Assembly: GCA_965262715.1 (NCBI GenBank)
Contig: OZ253553.1
Span: forward strand, 1,088,001-1,152,000
From: Bdellovibrionales bacterium
Lineage (GTDB): Bacteria > Bdellovibrionota > Bdellovibrionia > Bdellovibrionales > JAUICD01
Length of the DNA stretch: 64,000 nucleotides
Direction: 5' to 3'
This document shows positions 20,716 to 31,560 of the stretch, piece after piece. Below the pieces are notes generated by a model that searched no databases, was not told where the DNA came from, and saw only the letters and a program-made list of their open reading frames with translations. Numbering within the stretch: the first letter of the stretch is position 1; each line of letters begins with the position of its first letter. A program made the translations under genes and the position numbers.

Positions 20716-23618
20716 CGCACAACCTCAGCACATCTAAGACAAATATCTGGCAGCAATTGACCTACTTCAGCACTAAAACGCCAACAACGAACACACTTAT
20801 TGCCATCTGCTTTCGAAACCATAACTTCTAGCTCCTCCAAGTCCTTCTCTAACAAAGCAAAAGATAAATCCTTAGGAGAATTCACTTGTTTAGATTCTGT
20901 CTGTTGGAATTCTGTCTCTTTAGATTCATTACCAGCTAAAATCACTCCAGATACAATAAAAAAATCTAAAAGTTCATCTTTTATTGATGTTAAAAATTGA
21001 AAAAGTAAAGTTTTCCTATTGACATATAAACACACTTTTACCTCTAAGCTAGATCGAATTTGCTTTTCATTTCTTAACTCTTCTATTCTTTTACTAACTT
21101 TTTTTCTGATGGCAAGAAGTACTTTATATTTTTCCTCTAAGTCGTTCCTATTCCATTCTGGTTGAAGCTTTGGAAATGGCATTAAAAATACACTCTCTTT
21201 ATCTTTTTTTCTTATTAAAAAGTCATAAACCTCTTCAGATAAAAAAGACAGTATAGGAGCCATTAACCTCATTAAGGTGTGCGTTAATTGGAATAAAGCA
21301 GTTTGAGCAGATCGCCTTTCTAAACTATTGATTTTATTGACATATAACCGGTCCTTAATAACATCTAAATACAAAGAAGACATCTCGACATTAAAAAAAT
21401 TATTTAAAAGGTGATAAATTTTATAAAAACAATAATCTTCATAAGCTTTTGTAGTTTCTCTGACTAAATCATTAAGTTTATGCAAAATCCATTGATCTAA
21501 ACTTTTAAGCTGATCATAAGGCAATTGATTTTGCACAGGATCATCTAAAAAATCATTGAGGTTTCCTAACATGAATCTCATTGTATTGCGCAAACGCCGG
21601 TAAGTTTCTGTAAGCCGAGCGAAAGATTCTGGACTACACCCAATATCTTGAGTGTAATCCTCATGCACTGCCCAAAGCCTTAAAATTTCTGCTCCTTTTT
21701 CTTTAATAATATCTTGAGGATCAACAATATTGCCTTGACTCTTGCTCATCTTAATACCCTTAGCAAACATAACAAAGCCATGAGTCAGTACATTCTTAAA
21801 AGGAGCTTGTTTTTCTACAGCAACAGAGGTGAGCAGACTTGTGTGAAACCAACCACGATGCTGATCGCTACCTTCTAAATAAAGATCAGCAGGAAAAGTC
21901 ATGTCAGGATGTTTCTTTTGAACAGAAGCCCAACAAACACCACTATCAAACCAAACATCCAAAATATCATCACTCTTACGAAAAGAGCTTTGTCCACATT
22001 GAGAACATTTCACATCACCTGATAAAAATTCAGAGATAGGCTTGGACCAATAGGTTTCTATACCCTCTCCTTCTTCTATTGCATCTGCTATTTTATTCAT
22101 GGATTCTTTTGTATAGTATATATGCGAACAATTATTACAATAAAATATAGGAAGAGGCACTCCCCAAAGCCTCTGACGTGAAAGACACCAATCAGGACGA
22201 TCAGCAATCATAGAAGAGATACGCTTTTCTCCCCAATCAGGAAACCAACGTACATTTTTAATAGCATCTAATGCCATTTTACGTATAGGATGACTTGCAT
22301 GATCCATAGCAATAAACCATTGCTGTGTAGTACGAAAAATCAACGGCGTTTTACTTCTCCAACAATGAGGGTAGCTATGTTGAAGCTCTTGATGATGAAC
22401 TAAATGACCTGATTGTCTAAATTGCTCTATCAATCGAAAATTCGCATCAAAAATACTGACACCTTTATATTCAGGAATCTGATCAGTGTATTTGCCAAAT
22501 TCATCTACAGGGCTAAATATCTCTAGATTGTATTTTTTCCCCAATAGGAAATCGTCCTCTCCGTGGCCAGGAGCTATGTGAACAACCCCCGTACCTGCCT
22601 CTGTGGTCACATGACGAGATAAAATAATAGGAGATATCTGCTCTAAATACATAACATGATATGTAGTTATTCCCTCTAATTGCTGACCTTTAAAAGGCCC
22701 TGAAATAAATTTGAGTTTCTTACCTGTTGTATTTTCAAAAGAAGATTTTAAACTGTCAGCAATGACAATGTACTCTTGATCAAGCTGATAAACACTATAA
22801 TCTAACTGTGGATGAACAGCATGCGCTCTGTTAGCAGGAATTGTCCATGGTGTTGTTGTCCAAATCACAAAAGCCACTTTTGTAGAAGGCTTGAGGTTGA
22901 CTTGCAATCTATCCATACCCTCTTTTATATAAAACTTAAGGTAAATAGCAGGACTTTTGTGCTGGCGATATTCAATTTCAGCCTCTGCTAAAGCCGTTTG
23001 TAAGGCACAACACCAATGCACTGCTTTTGTATCTTGATATAAAACCCCCGTCTTAATAAGTTTTGCTAGTGTACGTATTTCTTCAGCTTCATACTCCTTC
23101 TCAAGAGTCAGGTAAGGATTTTCCCAATCAGCTAAAATACCAAAGCGGATAAACTGTTCTGTTTGTTTTTGTATCCACTTTTTAGCCTCTTTACGACAAA
23201 GCTCACGGATATATTTATGTTGCTCTAATTCATTTTTTGAATGATGAGTGAATTCACCCTTCTGACTTTCAAGCCTCTTATTGATGATGTGCTCAATAGG
23301 AAGACCATGACAGTCCCAACCAGGAACAAATAAAGCCTTATAACCATTCATACTTTTAAATTTGACAATAACATCCTTAAGTACTTTATTTAAAACATGT
23401 CCCATGTGAAGGTTACCATTAGCATAAGGAGGGCCATCAGTTAGACAAAATGAAGGGCAGTTTTTATTTTGTTCTAATTGTTTGATGTGAATATCTATAT
23501 TCTGCCATTTTTGGATAAAATCCAATTCTCGTAATGCAAGATTAGCCTTCATCGGAAAATCTGTTTGAGGAAAATTTAAAGTGTGCTTATAGCTGTTTTT
23601 TGTGACTGATGAACTCAC
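20712..23618 (-). CDS. ileS: Isoleucine--tRNA ligase
   Basis: DGPPYANG-HMGH, GWDCHGLP, WTTTPWT, EGSDQHRGWF, KMSKS and C-terminal Zn finger; ileS-lspA linkage. Confidence 0.97.
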   Translation of the reverse strand: MSSSVTKNSYKHTLNFPQTDFPMKANLALRELDFIQKWQNIDIHIKQLEQNKNCPSFCLTDGPPYANGNLHMGHVLNKVLKDVIVKFKSMNGYKALFVPGWDCHGLPIEHIINKRLESQKGEFTHHSKNELEQHKYIRELCRKEAKKWIQKQTEQFIRFGILADWENPYLTLEKEYEAEEIRTLAKLIKTGVLYQDTKAVHWCCALQTALAEAEIEYRQHKSPAIYLKFYIKEGMDRLQVNLKPSTKVAFVIWTTTPWTIPANRAHAVHPQLDYSVYQLDQEYIVIADSLKSSFENTTGKKLKFISGPFKGQQLEGITTYHVMYLEQISPIILSRHVTTEAGTGVVHIAPGHGEDDFLLGKKYNLEIFSPVDEFGKYTDQIPEYKGVSIFDANFRLIEQFRQSGHLVHHQELQHSYPHCWRSKTPLIFRTTQQWFIAMDHASHPIRKMALDAIKNVRWFPDWGEKRISSMIADRPDWCLSRQRLWGVPLPIFYCNNCSHIYYTKESMNKIADAIEEGEGIETYWSKPISEFLSGDVKCSQCGQSSFRKSDDILDVWFDSGVCWASVQKKHPDMTFPADLYLEGSDQHRGWFHTSLLTSVAVEKQAPFKNVLTHGFVMFAKGIKMSKSQGNIVDPQDIIKEKGAEILRLWAVHEDYTQDIGCSPESFARLTETYRRLRNTMRFMLGNLNDFLDDPVQNQLPYDQLKSLDQWILHKLNDLVRETTKAYEDYCFYKIYHLLNNFFNVEMSSLYLDVIKDRLYVNKINSLERRSAQTALFQLTHTLMRLMAPILSFLSEEVYDFLIRKKDKESVFLMPFPKLQPEWNRNDLEEKYKVLLAIRKKVSKRIEELRNEKQIRSSLEVKVCLYVNRKTLLFQFLTSIKDELLDFFIVSGVILAGNESKETEFQQTESKQVNSPKDLSFALLEKDLEELEVMVSKADGNKCVRCWRFSAEVGQLLPDICLRCAEVVR

Positions 23619-23785
23619 AGAATCTCCCCTTTCTCAAGCTCTCTCAAAATAATAGAAAATATTTTTTTTTTGTTTTTTAAAGTTTTTCCCCGCTCAACTT
23701 ATTATGAACTATTTTCAACTATTAAGTTAAACTCTACAAAAGTCAATAGGAGCGAGGAGATACTGTATCCCTAAGAATCAACCAA

Positions 23786-23874
23786 CCTCTCAAGGCAAAC
23801 CTCTTGAGGCGAGCCTCTCAAGGCAAACCTCTTGAGGCGAGCCTCTCAAGGCAAACCTCTCGAGGCGAGCCTCT
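23786..23874. repeat. Tandem repeat, 3 x 28 bp made of alternating 14-mers
   Basis: CCTCTCAAGGCAAA / CCTCT(T/C)GAGGCGAG alternate six times. Confidence 0.9.
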
Positions 23875-23942
23875 GACCACTTTCTGAGATCATCTTACGC
23901 TGTCTGGCAAATAGGACTATGTCTAGGGGCTGTTGCTATTTC
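23870..23942 (-). repeat. Degenerate minus-strand copy of the structured element, cut by an IS5-type end at CTAG
   Basis: The reverse complement reads CTAG..CCTATTTGCCAGACAGCGTAAG..CAGAAAGTGGTCAGAGG; CTAGGGGCTGTTGCTATTTC at 23923 matches 43011. Confidence 0.65.
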
Positions 23943-24077
23943 AAGATAAGATATTGAAGTTAAGCTATATTTTATTAAAAGCGATCTGTATATGTTATTA
24001 GTAACCTTAAATGAGGAAAATTTTTTACTTATAACAATTTAGGGTTTTTAAGATAACTTCTAAAAAGAAAATAAAGT

Positions 24078-25541
24078 CTATTGTGAGTCATTACCTTCCA
24101 ACATGCCAAGAGCTAACCTTAAAGCGCGCACACTCCTTTGCACTCTCTCTTCATTTTCAGATATTTGTATTTGAGCTAATTGACTTTTCTTACGATATCC
24201 ATCTATATCCATGATCAAATGATCTGTTTTGCGTTTTAGGCTTAAAATAATTTCATCTTTACTCTTTAATAAAGTTGTTTTTTCTTGCTTAACAAGTTCT
24301 AACCTATTTTCTAATTCAATTTCTCTAACCCGAACACTTTTTAAATCCTTAGCAAGCCTATTTTTGAGTTCTTCAACCTTTAATTTGAGAGTATTGTATT
24401 CTTTGTTTTTTTGAAAAAGCGATTCTTCTAATAAAGTTCTCTCATCTGATATACCTTCCATTTTTGTACGATTTCTTCTTTCCGTAGACTCCAATAAGGA
24501 AGATAATTCTTCTATCCGTTTTTTCAAAGTTTCAATTTCTGAAGAAAACTCTGCGTTTTCTTGTCTCACGTTAAAAACAGTATTTTCTAACTCATGAATT
24601 CTTTCTTGGGCAATTCTAAATTGATCTGCACGTTTTAAAACTACACCAACTGATGCATCTCCCTTAGAACTATCATCAGATAATTTTTTAGAAGCAAGCT
24701 CTTGAAAATCAAAAAAAGAAGGTTTAACAAAGGAAGAGTTAGAAGGTGTAATAGGAATTGTACTCGTATTAGTAAAGTATTCTTTTGATGAAGATGGCTT
24801 CTCTGGTGAAGAAGATGACAAATCTGGGCTAGATGAATCTGGGCTAGATGAATCTGAAATATCATCAATGAGGGGAACCTCTGGAGTTGCTTGAGGTTGA
24901 GAAACTGAATCTTCTGCGTGCTCCATAAATTTAGATAATATTAATGAAGATGTATTTTCATCTGATTTAGAAAATGTGTCTAAACCTAGGTTAATTCCAC
25001 CTTCATCTTCCATCAAAATAGAATTCGTAATAACACCTTCTGCTTGTGTTTTATCCTGTAATGATACGACATGACTTTCTTCTGCTTCATCTATAACTGC
25101 TTCACTTGATAGACTTAATAATTCTTTATTGTCTATGTCCATAGCTATGGATTCAGGATAACTGCTTTCTTGTACAGCTTCTTCTTGATCCTCTTGGTCC
25201 TGAGATGTCATATACTCTTCATTATCCTCTTTTAAAGCAACTTCTTGTTGAACATCTTCCTCTTGACTAGCTTCATCTGAGAAAATCGTCTTCGTGTTTC
25301 CTAAAACAACTGTTGCTTCTGCCTGTGCGTCTAATAGATTATCTAACGGATTAACAACATTTAAATGAGAGGTCTTCTCATCAGCCATTTGTGTTTTTTC
25401 CATTGATTCTGAACTAGTATCTTCACTTTCTTCAGAAGATGATCTTTTTTCATCTTCTAAATCTGTAAGCATATTAAGTAAAGTTGCATTTGTATCTTTT
25501 AAAGACATTAATACCCTGCCTGTGTTTTGTTCATCTCTCAT
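24078..25541 (-). CDS. Hypothetical protein: acidic disordered N-terminus and C-terminal coiled coil
   Basis: E/S/D-rich first ~290 aa, then heptad-rich sequence (RIAQERIHELE...). Confidence 0.7.
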   Translation of the reverse strand: MRDEQNTGRVLMSLKDTNATLLNMLTDLEDEKRSSSEESEDTSSESMEKTQMADEKTSHLNVVNPLDNLLDAQAEATVVLGNTKTIFSDEASQEEDVQQEVALKEDNEEYMTSQDQEDQEEAVQESSYPESIAMDIDNKELLSLSSEAVIDEAEESHVVSLQDKTQAEGVITNSILMEDEGGINLGLDTFSKSDENTSSLILSKFMEHAEDSVSQPQATPEVPLIDDISDSSSPDSSSPDLSSSSPEKPSSSKEYFTNTSTIPITPSNSSFVKPSFFDFQELASKKLSDDSSKGDASVGVVLKRADQFRIAQERIHELENTVFNVRQENAEFSSEIETLKKRIEELSSLLESTERRNRTKMEGISDERTLLEESLFQKNKEYNTLKLKVEELKNRLAKDLKSVRVREIELENRLELVKQEKTTLLKSKDEIILSLKRKTDHLIMDIDGYRKKSQLAQIQISENEERVQRSVRALRLALGMLEGNDSQ

Positions 25542-25654
25542 TAATTAATTATAAAAATCATCTATGATGATTTAATAATAGATGAATGTTGGTTATTCTC
25601 CTCTTAAGTATGTTATCGACATATTATCGATAGTATTATAATAATATTGTCTTT

Positions 25655-25770
25655 TTCACTCAAAATGAACCGTTTCACTCAAAACAATAGCCTTCTTTTC
25701 CACTAAAATGCATCTGACCTCTTGAGGTGAACCTCTTTTCTTATTTTCCTTACAGCATGTTAAGAAAAAC
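25655..25770 (-). repeat. Fragments of the structured-element family
   Basis: TTCACTCAAAATGAACC and CACTAAAATGCATCT are reverse complements of element right ends; a TAACATG leader remnant follows. Confidence 0.55.
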
Positions 25771-25876
25771 CTATCCCTATCCATCTGTTCATTTGAATGA
25801 GAAACATTTCTCATTTTGTTACAAAATGTAGGAAATCTTATTTTTTAATAATTGCTTCTTAGAGCTGGTTTGAAAA

Positions 25877-26995
25877 TTACCTCTGCTTAAACTGAAAAGT
25901 ATACTGAATAGGTTCTCCATTAAGAATTAAAGGAAAAGACCATAACTTTATATGATCAGTAATACATTCTTTAAACTCATTCAAATTAATATTAGAGTTT
26001 TTATTCATCGCAAGTTTTGCCACACGAATACTTTGGGCCTTACCTTTTTTATCAATTCTCCAAGAAAGATAAATATCACCTCTAAATTCAGGAAAGACTT
26101 GAAGACCTCTTTCATAACAACGCCTCAATACACCTTCTTCTTTTGACATAAAAGCATTTAAAGCCTCTTTTTGCTGAACACTAAGACCACCTTTATACCT
26201 TATTTTCTCACCCTTAGAAGATAAGCTATCACTTAAAAGAGCTATATCACCAAAACCTTGGCTTTTTTCTGTCACCTTTGCATAACCACCTATACCTTCA
26301 AGTTTATTAGATGTATTTGAAGCTGAAAATATACTTTTATCATATAACTTTTGATCTATCTTATTTTTAACTTTTTCTGACTCATCTGATAAGTTATCTT
26401 CTAGTGAAAATACACTACCTAAATTGATTTTTAATTTTTGAGTATTGTTTTTGATAGCAAATAATTTATTTAACTTAGTATTTAATGATGTATTGCTCTT
26501 TTGAATACCTGCTACTTCTTTTTCCTCTTCAAATTCCTTAAACGGATTTTCTATAATTAATGTCTTGGTGTCAGGTTTATGTTGAACAATATCAACTTGA
26601 AATTCCTTTTCAATTTGCTGGGTATCTTCTACTGGAACCTGTAAGATAAGACTGATAAAGCAAAATATGAAAAAACCAAAAAAACAACCCTGTATACAAA
26701 AAGACAGATATTTTAAACCTCGTAAGTCTGTTTTTACGTCATACTGTAATTGCTTTGAATATTCTCCTTGTTTAAGAGTCCCAATTGAAGGAATAGGCAG
26801 TCCTTCTGCAGGAATCACATCTGGTATAAGACTTAAAACTTGTACCGGAATATCTTTATTTGTTTTAAAAGTTTGATTTGTCCATAATTCGAAGCGACCT
26901 GTGTCCATTCTTCTTACAGCAGACAAAGGAACTCTATCACAAAGAATTGCTCTAATCACCTTACCGTTGTTATTCTCTAAAAATAAATACTTCAT
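25877..26995 (-). CDS. AgmX/PglI C-terminal (TonB_C-like) protein, GltG/GltJ-like
   Basis: Single TM segment, then LRRCYERGL..G.I.L.W.I...G..ECI...IKLWSFP...YTFQF. Confidence 0.75.
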   Translation of the reverse strand: MKYLFLENNNGKVIRAILCDRVPLSAVRRMDTGRFELWTNQTFKTNKDIPVQVLSLIPDVIPAEGLPIPSIGTLKQGEYSKQLQYDVKTDLRGLKYLSFCIQGCFFGFFIFCFISLILQVPVEDTQQIEKEFQVDIVQHKPDTKTLIIENPFKEFEEEKEVAGIQKSNTSLNTKLNKLFAIKNNTQKLKINLGSVFSLEDNLSDESEKVKNKIDQKLYDKSIFSASNTSNKLEGIGGYAKVTEKSQGFGDIALLSDSLSSKGEKIRYKGGLSVQQKEALNAFMSKEEGVLRRCYERGLQVFPEFRGDIYLSWRIDKKGKAQSIRVAKLAMNKNSNINLNEFKECITDHIKLWSFPLILNGEPIQYTFQFKQR

Positions 26996-27006
26996 AAAAT
27001 TTTAAT

Positions 27007-27321
27007 TTAGTACTTTCCTAAAGAATTTCTTATGCGGTCTTTAAAGTCTTCTCTAGGACGTAATATAGTTTTTAATATTTTATTTTCAACATTTATTTTT
27101 TTTTTAGAACTATCATATCTTCCATAAATATCTCTCTTGAAGGATGGAGAGCTAACATCTTCTTCGATATCTTCATCAACATCCTCTTCAATATTTTCCT
27201 CTTGTTGGGTAGATAGCTCATCAATTGGGAACTTCATATTTTTACCCACCTTAATATCTAATTGAGCTAGAACATCATTTGTGTGAAATATTAAAAAACA
27301 TAAAAATATAAAGTATTTCAT
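27007..27321 (-). CDS. Small exported protein of the gliding-like cluster
   Basis: Signal peptide; C-terminal LRPREDFKDRI; operon position. Confidence 0.55.
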   Translation of the reverse strand: MKYFIFLCFLIFHTNDVLAQLDIKVGKNMKFPIDELSTQQEENIEEDVDEDIEEDVSSPSFKRDIYGRYDSSKKKINVENKILKTILRPREDFKDRIRNSLGKY

Positions 27322-27399
27322 TTTAATAAACCCCGTAACTATAAGCGTTAGCTAAAAAATATTATACATTATACTAACGATTTATATGAAGAACGGATG

Positions 27400-30387
27400 T
27401 CATTCTTCTAACATAACTAGTCTTCTCTCCTTTAAATAAAGGACCATAGTTTTATTATCTCGCAGTTCTTCTAAAGCAATGAGTTTTTCAATATCTTCCT
27501 TATTAAAAGGGTTCTTACGTATATCTTCTTGGACCGCTTCTATAACTGAATCACTAGGCTGCGCAACTTGATTTTCATCATTTTTTACCTGTGTTATGCC
27601 TTTTAATATAGACCTAAGATTAGATTTATTCTCTTCTGGCAAATAATTAACTAATAATGATAGATGAGATTTGGAAATGATTTGGACATGTTTTGACACT
27701 TTAGAAAAATACTCTTCTAATTTATCAAAAATCTGAGAACCATTAAAAAGAGTTTTTAATTGAGATTCGATGACAGTTGCTTTCTCTTTATAAAGATTAG
27801 CTTGCTTTTCTAAAATGGAAAGGTATTCTTTTTTCTGCGATTCTGGTAATTGAGAAGAACTAGCAAGAGAGGTCAAGTCTTCATAAAGACGTAAAGCTTC
27901 TTTCTTAACAAAGTAAAAAGCAATCAGTTGACCAATAAGGTCTTCTGCATTAATCCCTATAAGAGCTTTTTTCTCCAAGTCTTCAAAAAGCTTAAATCTT
28001 TCTTTAATATCATTTTCTATAAAACTGATACCCTTATCTCTGACCTGATGCTGAGATATCTGTCTAGCTATCACTCCTAATTCTTTTAAAAATCCATCAC
28101 GCCATACAGCTCTACCTGCATCAGTATTAATAAGTTCTTTTAAAATTTGACCCATTTGCTCTTTATTGATGTCATGTATGTAATTATCTAATAAGACATC
28201 AGATAATACTTTTGGATTATGCAATAACACCTTTTTATATTGTTTAAAAAAAGATTCTTGATCAGCAGCTTCTTTAAATAATTTTAAAGCTATATCAAAC
28301 TTTTTTTGAGAATCATTAGAAAGTTTTAAAAAATCACGATAATATTGCATGTAGTCCTGCTTAGCCAATTCAGCAAAAAAAACTTTTCTAAGGATCCATT
28401 GATCTGTAGGTAAACTCTCAAGATTAAACTCCTTATTGATTTCATACATCATAGGAAAATCCAGTATTAACTCTGCTAAGTAAAGCCTTCTTAAAAGAGC
28501 AAACTTCTTATCCTCCTCTGATAAACCTTTAACTTTTAACAGTTGATCCACTAACTGAATCTCATCAGAAACTTGCCGCAATTGACCTAACAAAATGATC
28601 TTATTTTTATAATACTTTATTTCTTCATCAACAGCTGTTTCAGAGAAGTTAATGCGACCTAATATTTCAAGTGCTTTTTGAGGATTCTTAGATAAACCTA
28701 AAGCCTGATTCATAATAGAAGTTCTATTAATTTTCATAAAATGAGAGACTTGATTTGGAAACCTTTTAGCAAATTTAAGGGATATTTTTTCCAACTGCTC
28801 ATTATCTTTGACCAATACCAAAGCATCTATAGCTAAATAAGCTGATTGAAGCCTAATTTTTTGAGCAGGGGTATCTTCTTTAGCTTCTATAAGAGCAATA
28901 GATACAAACTCCTCAGCTGCTTTTTTATAATCTTCTTGATCATCATAAAGCAGCTTTGCTTTAAGAAAAGAAACTTTTAACCATTGGCTTTTGTCCTGGC
29001 TTAACTTAAGATAAGCTTCATAAGATTCTAGCAGCCACTTTTTGTTTTTAGAAAGCTCTGTCGTTTTTATATAACCTAAAAGAAGAACTTCTAAAAACTC
29101 AATAGCTTTTTTCTTCTGCTCCTCATTTATTTCAGCTATAAGTTTTCTTTGTATTTTTATAGCATTATTGTATTTTTCTCTAGAAATTTCCCACAATTGA
29201 AGCTTTTGCGAGATATTTGCAATTTGATAAGTTGCTTCTATATCATCTTTAAAAATCTGCAAATAAAACATGTAAGATTTTAAAATATTTGAAAGATCTG
29301 ATTTATTTGCATCCTTCCAAAGCTTTATATGTTGAGTTATCTGCTTTTTAAATCCCTCACATCTTTCTTTCTCTTTTAAGTCATTGCAAGCACCTCTATT
29401 CCAAAGCTGTGAAATTGCTTCGATGGTTTGAAGAACATCTCCAGGCTGGTGAGTTTCAACAAAAAGTTGAAAGAGCCAAGTATAAGATTCTAATTTATCC
29501 ATTTCTCGAGTTTGTTTTGGTAATATTTTCTTCCAAAGAAAAATAGCTCTTTCCTTATTACCAATACGCATAAGTTCTTTAGCTAGATAAACAACATTAT
29601 TCACCTTTTGATCTTGGGGGCTAAAATGATACAGCATTTCTATTTCTTTATTTTGAGGATTTTTCTTAGATAGAAAGGTTACAAGATCTCTGGCAATCTC
29701 CCTATGGAATACTTTATCTACCTCTTTTTTACCAGAAGCCGCATCTTTTAATAAAAACTGATTTGGAGATTTTAACAATCTAAAAAGATCTTCTACCGCA
29801 AGCTTGAATTGACTAAGGTGATAATTACACCAAGCAATTTTATATATAACAAAACCTTTATCTGGAAATTCAAACTCTAACGACTTTGAAAAATAATATT
29901 TTGCTTTACTAAATTCATTGATTTCATAAAACAGTTCTCCTAAAGCAGCATAGGACTTAGGTTTTAAATCTTTCCATCTATTACTACGAATAATTTTACT
30001 ATAAGCATTAATAGCAGCTTTTTGATTTTCAAATAAACCATTTATATACCCTATTTGAAAAAAAACATGTCCCCTCATTTGCAGTGATACCTTATTCTGG
30101 ATAGATCTATAAAGAGATAAGGCTCGCCTCATATCGGCTCTTCCTGCTGTACACTTTTGACAGCCTTGAGCTACTTCTGTTGATTGTTTGAGTTGGCCCC
30201 TCTTTGTTAATGCATCAGCTAATCTTAAAATCAAAGAAGGTATCATAGGGTCATTAGCTGAAAGACCATTTAAGGTTTTATCAAAGTGAGTGATCAATTG
30301 ATCTATTTCTTTTAAAGAAGCATATCCTAAAGTAGAGTAGGTATAAATTAACGATATAATAATCATCATTTTAATATTTTTTTTCAT
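27400..30387 (-). CDS. Large exported TPR-repeat protein (Glt-like)
   Basis: Signal peptide from ATG 30387; TPR patterns (ALGELFY, YKIAWCNY). Confidence 0.75.
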   Translation of the reverse strand: MKKNIKMMIIISLIYTYSTLGYASLKEIDQLITHFDKTLNGLSANDPMIPSLILRLADALTKRGQLKQSTEVAQGCQKCTAGRADMRRALSLYRSIQNKVSLQMRGHVFFQIGYINGLFENQKAAINAYSKIIRSNRWKDLKPKSYAALGELFYEINEFSKAKYYFSKSLEFEFPDKGFVIYKIAWCNYHLSQFKLAVEDLFRLLKSPNQFLLKDAASGKKEVDKVFHREIARDLVTFLSKKNPQNKEIEMLYHFSPQDQKVNNVVYLAKELMRIGNKERAIFLWKKILPKQTREMDKLESYTWLFQLFVETHQPGDVLQTIEAISQLWNRGACNDLKEKERCEGFKKQITQHIKLWKDANKSDLSNILKSYMFYLQIFKDDIEATYQIANISQKLQLWEISREKYNNAIKIQRKLIAEINEEQKKKAIEFLEVLLLGYIKTTELSKNKKWLLESYEAYLKLSQDKSQWLKVSFLKAKLLYDDQEDYKKAAEEFVSIALIEAKEDTPAQKIRLQSAYLAIDALVLVKDNEQLEKISLKFAKRFPNQVSHFMKINRTSIMNQALGLSKNPQKALEILGRINFSETAVDEEIKYYKNKIILLGQLRQVSDEIQLVDQLLKVKGLSEEDKKFALLRRLYLAELILDFPMMYEINKEFNLESLPTDQWILRKVFFAELAKQDYMQYYRDFLKLSNDSQKKFDIALKLFKEAADQESFFKQYKKVLLHNPKVLSDVLLDNYIHDINKEQMGQILKELINTDAGRAVWRDGFLKELGVIARQISQHQVRDKGISFIENDIKERFKLFEDLEKKALIGINAEDLIGQLIAFYFVKKEALRLYEDLTSLASSSQLPESQKKEYLSILEKQANLYKEKATVIESQLKTLFNGSQIFDKLEEYFSKVSKHVQIISKSHLSLLVNYLPEENKSNLRSILKGITQVKNDENQVAQPSDSVIEAVQEDIRKNPFNKEDIEKLIALEELRDNKTMVLYLKERRLVMLEE

Positions 30388-30422
30388 TATATCATATCCT
30401 ATTTTTACAGTGTAAAAACTGA

Positions 30423-30947
30423 TCATTGTTGTTTTAACCACTGAGGAGAACCTGATAAAACAACAAATTTAATATCAGTGTACCCCGTTTGATTTGCTGC
30501 ATGTACTATCTCATTTAAGTACCTATACTTTTCTTCTTTATCTGCTTGTATAATGAGGGTCTTTGAAGACTTTAAACCTTCTTCAGTGGATTCAAGTAGT
30601 GATTGACGTTCTAATAACTCCTCGGCAAGCCTATGTACAAAAACCTCATCTTCTTCAATAAAATATTTTCCACCTTTAAACTTAACAATAATATGATTCT
30701 CTAATTCGATACCATTTTTAGCTGAAGGCAAGTTTATCTCTTGGCTCACATAAGGCATATCCCGTGTGACTGAAAAATTTAGTAAAAGATAAACAACAAG
30801 AATAGAAAAAACATCAATCAGTGGAGTTAAAATTAAAGAAGACCTTAAATTTTTAGACTTTCTAAATAAAGACTTACCCTTTAAATAACTCACATCTTGA
30901 ATGAAACCTTTCCGAGATGTGCTTCCTAAAATAGTATCCTGGATCAT
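30423..30947 (-). CDS. ExbD/TolR family protein (AglS-like)
   Basis: LTPLIDVFSILVVYLL with the conserved Asp; IIQADK. Confidence 0.88.
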   Translation of the reverse strand: MIQDTILGSTSRKGFIQDVSYLKGKSLFRKSKNLRSSLILTPLIDVFSILVVYLLLNFSVTRDMPYVSQEINLPSAKNGIELENHIIVKFKGGKYFIEEDEVFVHRLAEELLERQSLLESTEEGLKSSKTLIIQADKEEKYRYLNEIVHAANQTGYTDIKFVVLSGSPQWLKQQ

Positions 30948-31082
30948 TTTTTATTTTCTAAATCCTTTTTAAATTAAGTTAAAAAATCTTTAAAATAACT
31001 GTTTGCTATGCCAAACTCATTAAAAATATAAGAAAATAAAATACTTATGCATTCAGATGAAACCATGAGAAATTCCCTTAGG

Positions 31083-31556
31083 CTAAATAGGTGACAGTCC
31101 AAGAAAATGAATTCCCACTTCTTTTAATTGATCCATAAGACTAATAATATCCTCATATCTTGCCTCCGGATATGGAATGATGATACCCGTTGATAGTTTT
31201 GGAACTTGATCTACCAGTATTCTTAGATGTTCTAAGACATCTTTATAATTTAGCTGTAAAACACCATTTTTATTCACACCTGAAATATGATGAGAATGCA
31301 AAGCTTTATCAATATGTGAAGGTGGATTTTGTAATTGTAAAATCACCTGTCCCTCTTCTACCATTTGGACCCAAACTGTTATATCTTGATCTTGAACTAC
31401 TGCAATAGAACCTTTCTTGCCCATGGATTGTTTAATATCTAATGAGGTCATACGTACAAAAATGAATGTAAGAAGTAAAAAACATATACAGACAGCAAGA
31501 AGTCCAATAAAAGAAATCAGGTTTAAATCAAAATCTAGTTCCTTTTTCTGCCTCAA
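31083..31556 (-). CDS. ExbD/TolR family protein
   Basis: LNLISFIGLLAVCICFLL and YEDIISLMD; the usual TM Asp is replaced by Gly. Confidence 0.8.
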   Translation of the reverse strand: MRQKKELDFDLNLISFIGLLAVCICFLLLTFIFVRMTSLDIKQSMGKKGSIAVVQDQDITVWVQMVEEGQVILQLQNPPSHIDKALHSHHISGVNKNGVLQLNYKDVLEHLRILVDQVPKLSTGIIIPYPEARYEDIISLMDQLKEVGIHFLGLSPI

Positions 31557-31560
31557 ACTC

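Noticed and set aside
23786..23874. Mini-CRISPR or T-box leader for ileS
   Set aside because: Contiguous 14-mers with no unique spacers; no T-box antiterminator motif seen
25796..25815. Palindrome AATGAGAAA-CA-TTTCTCATT as a Fur box
   Set aside because: The spacing does not fit the Fur consensus and it lies ~250 bp from the next start; function cannot be supported
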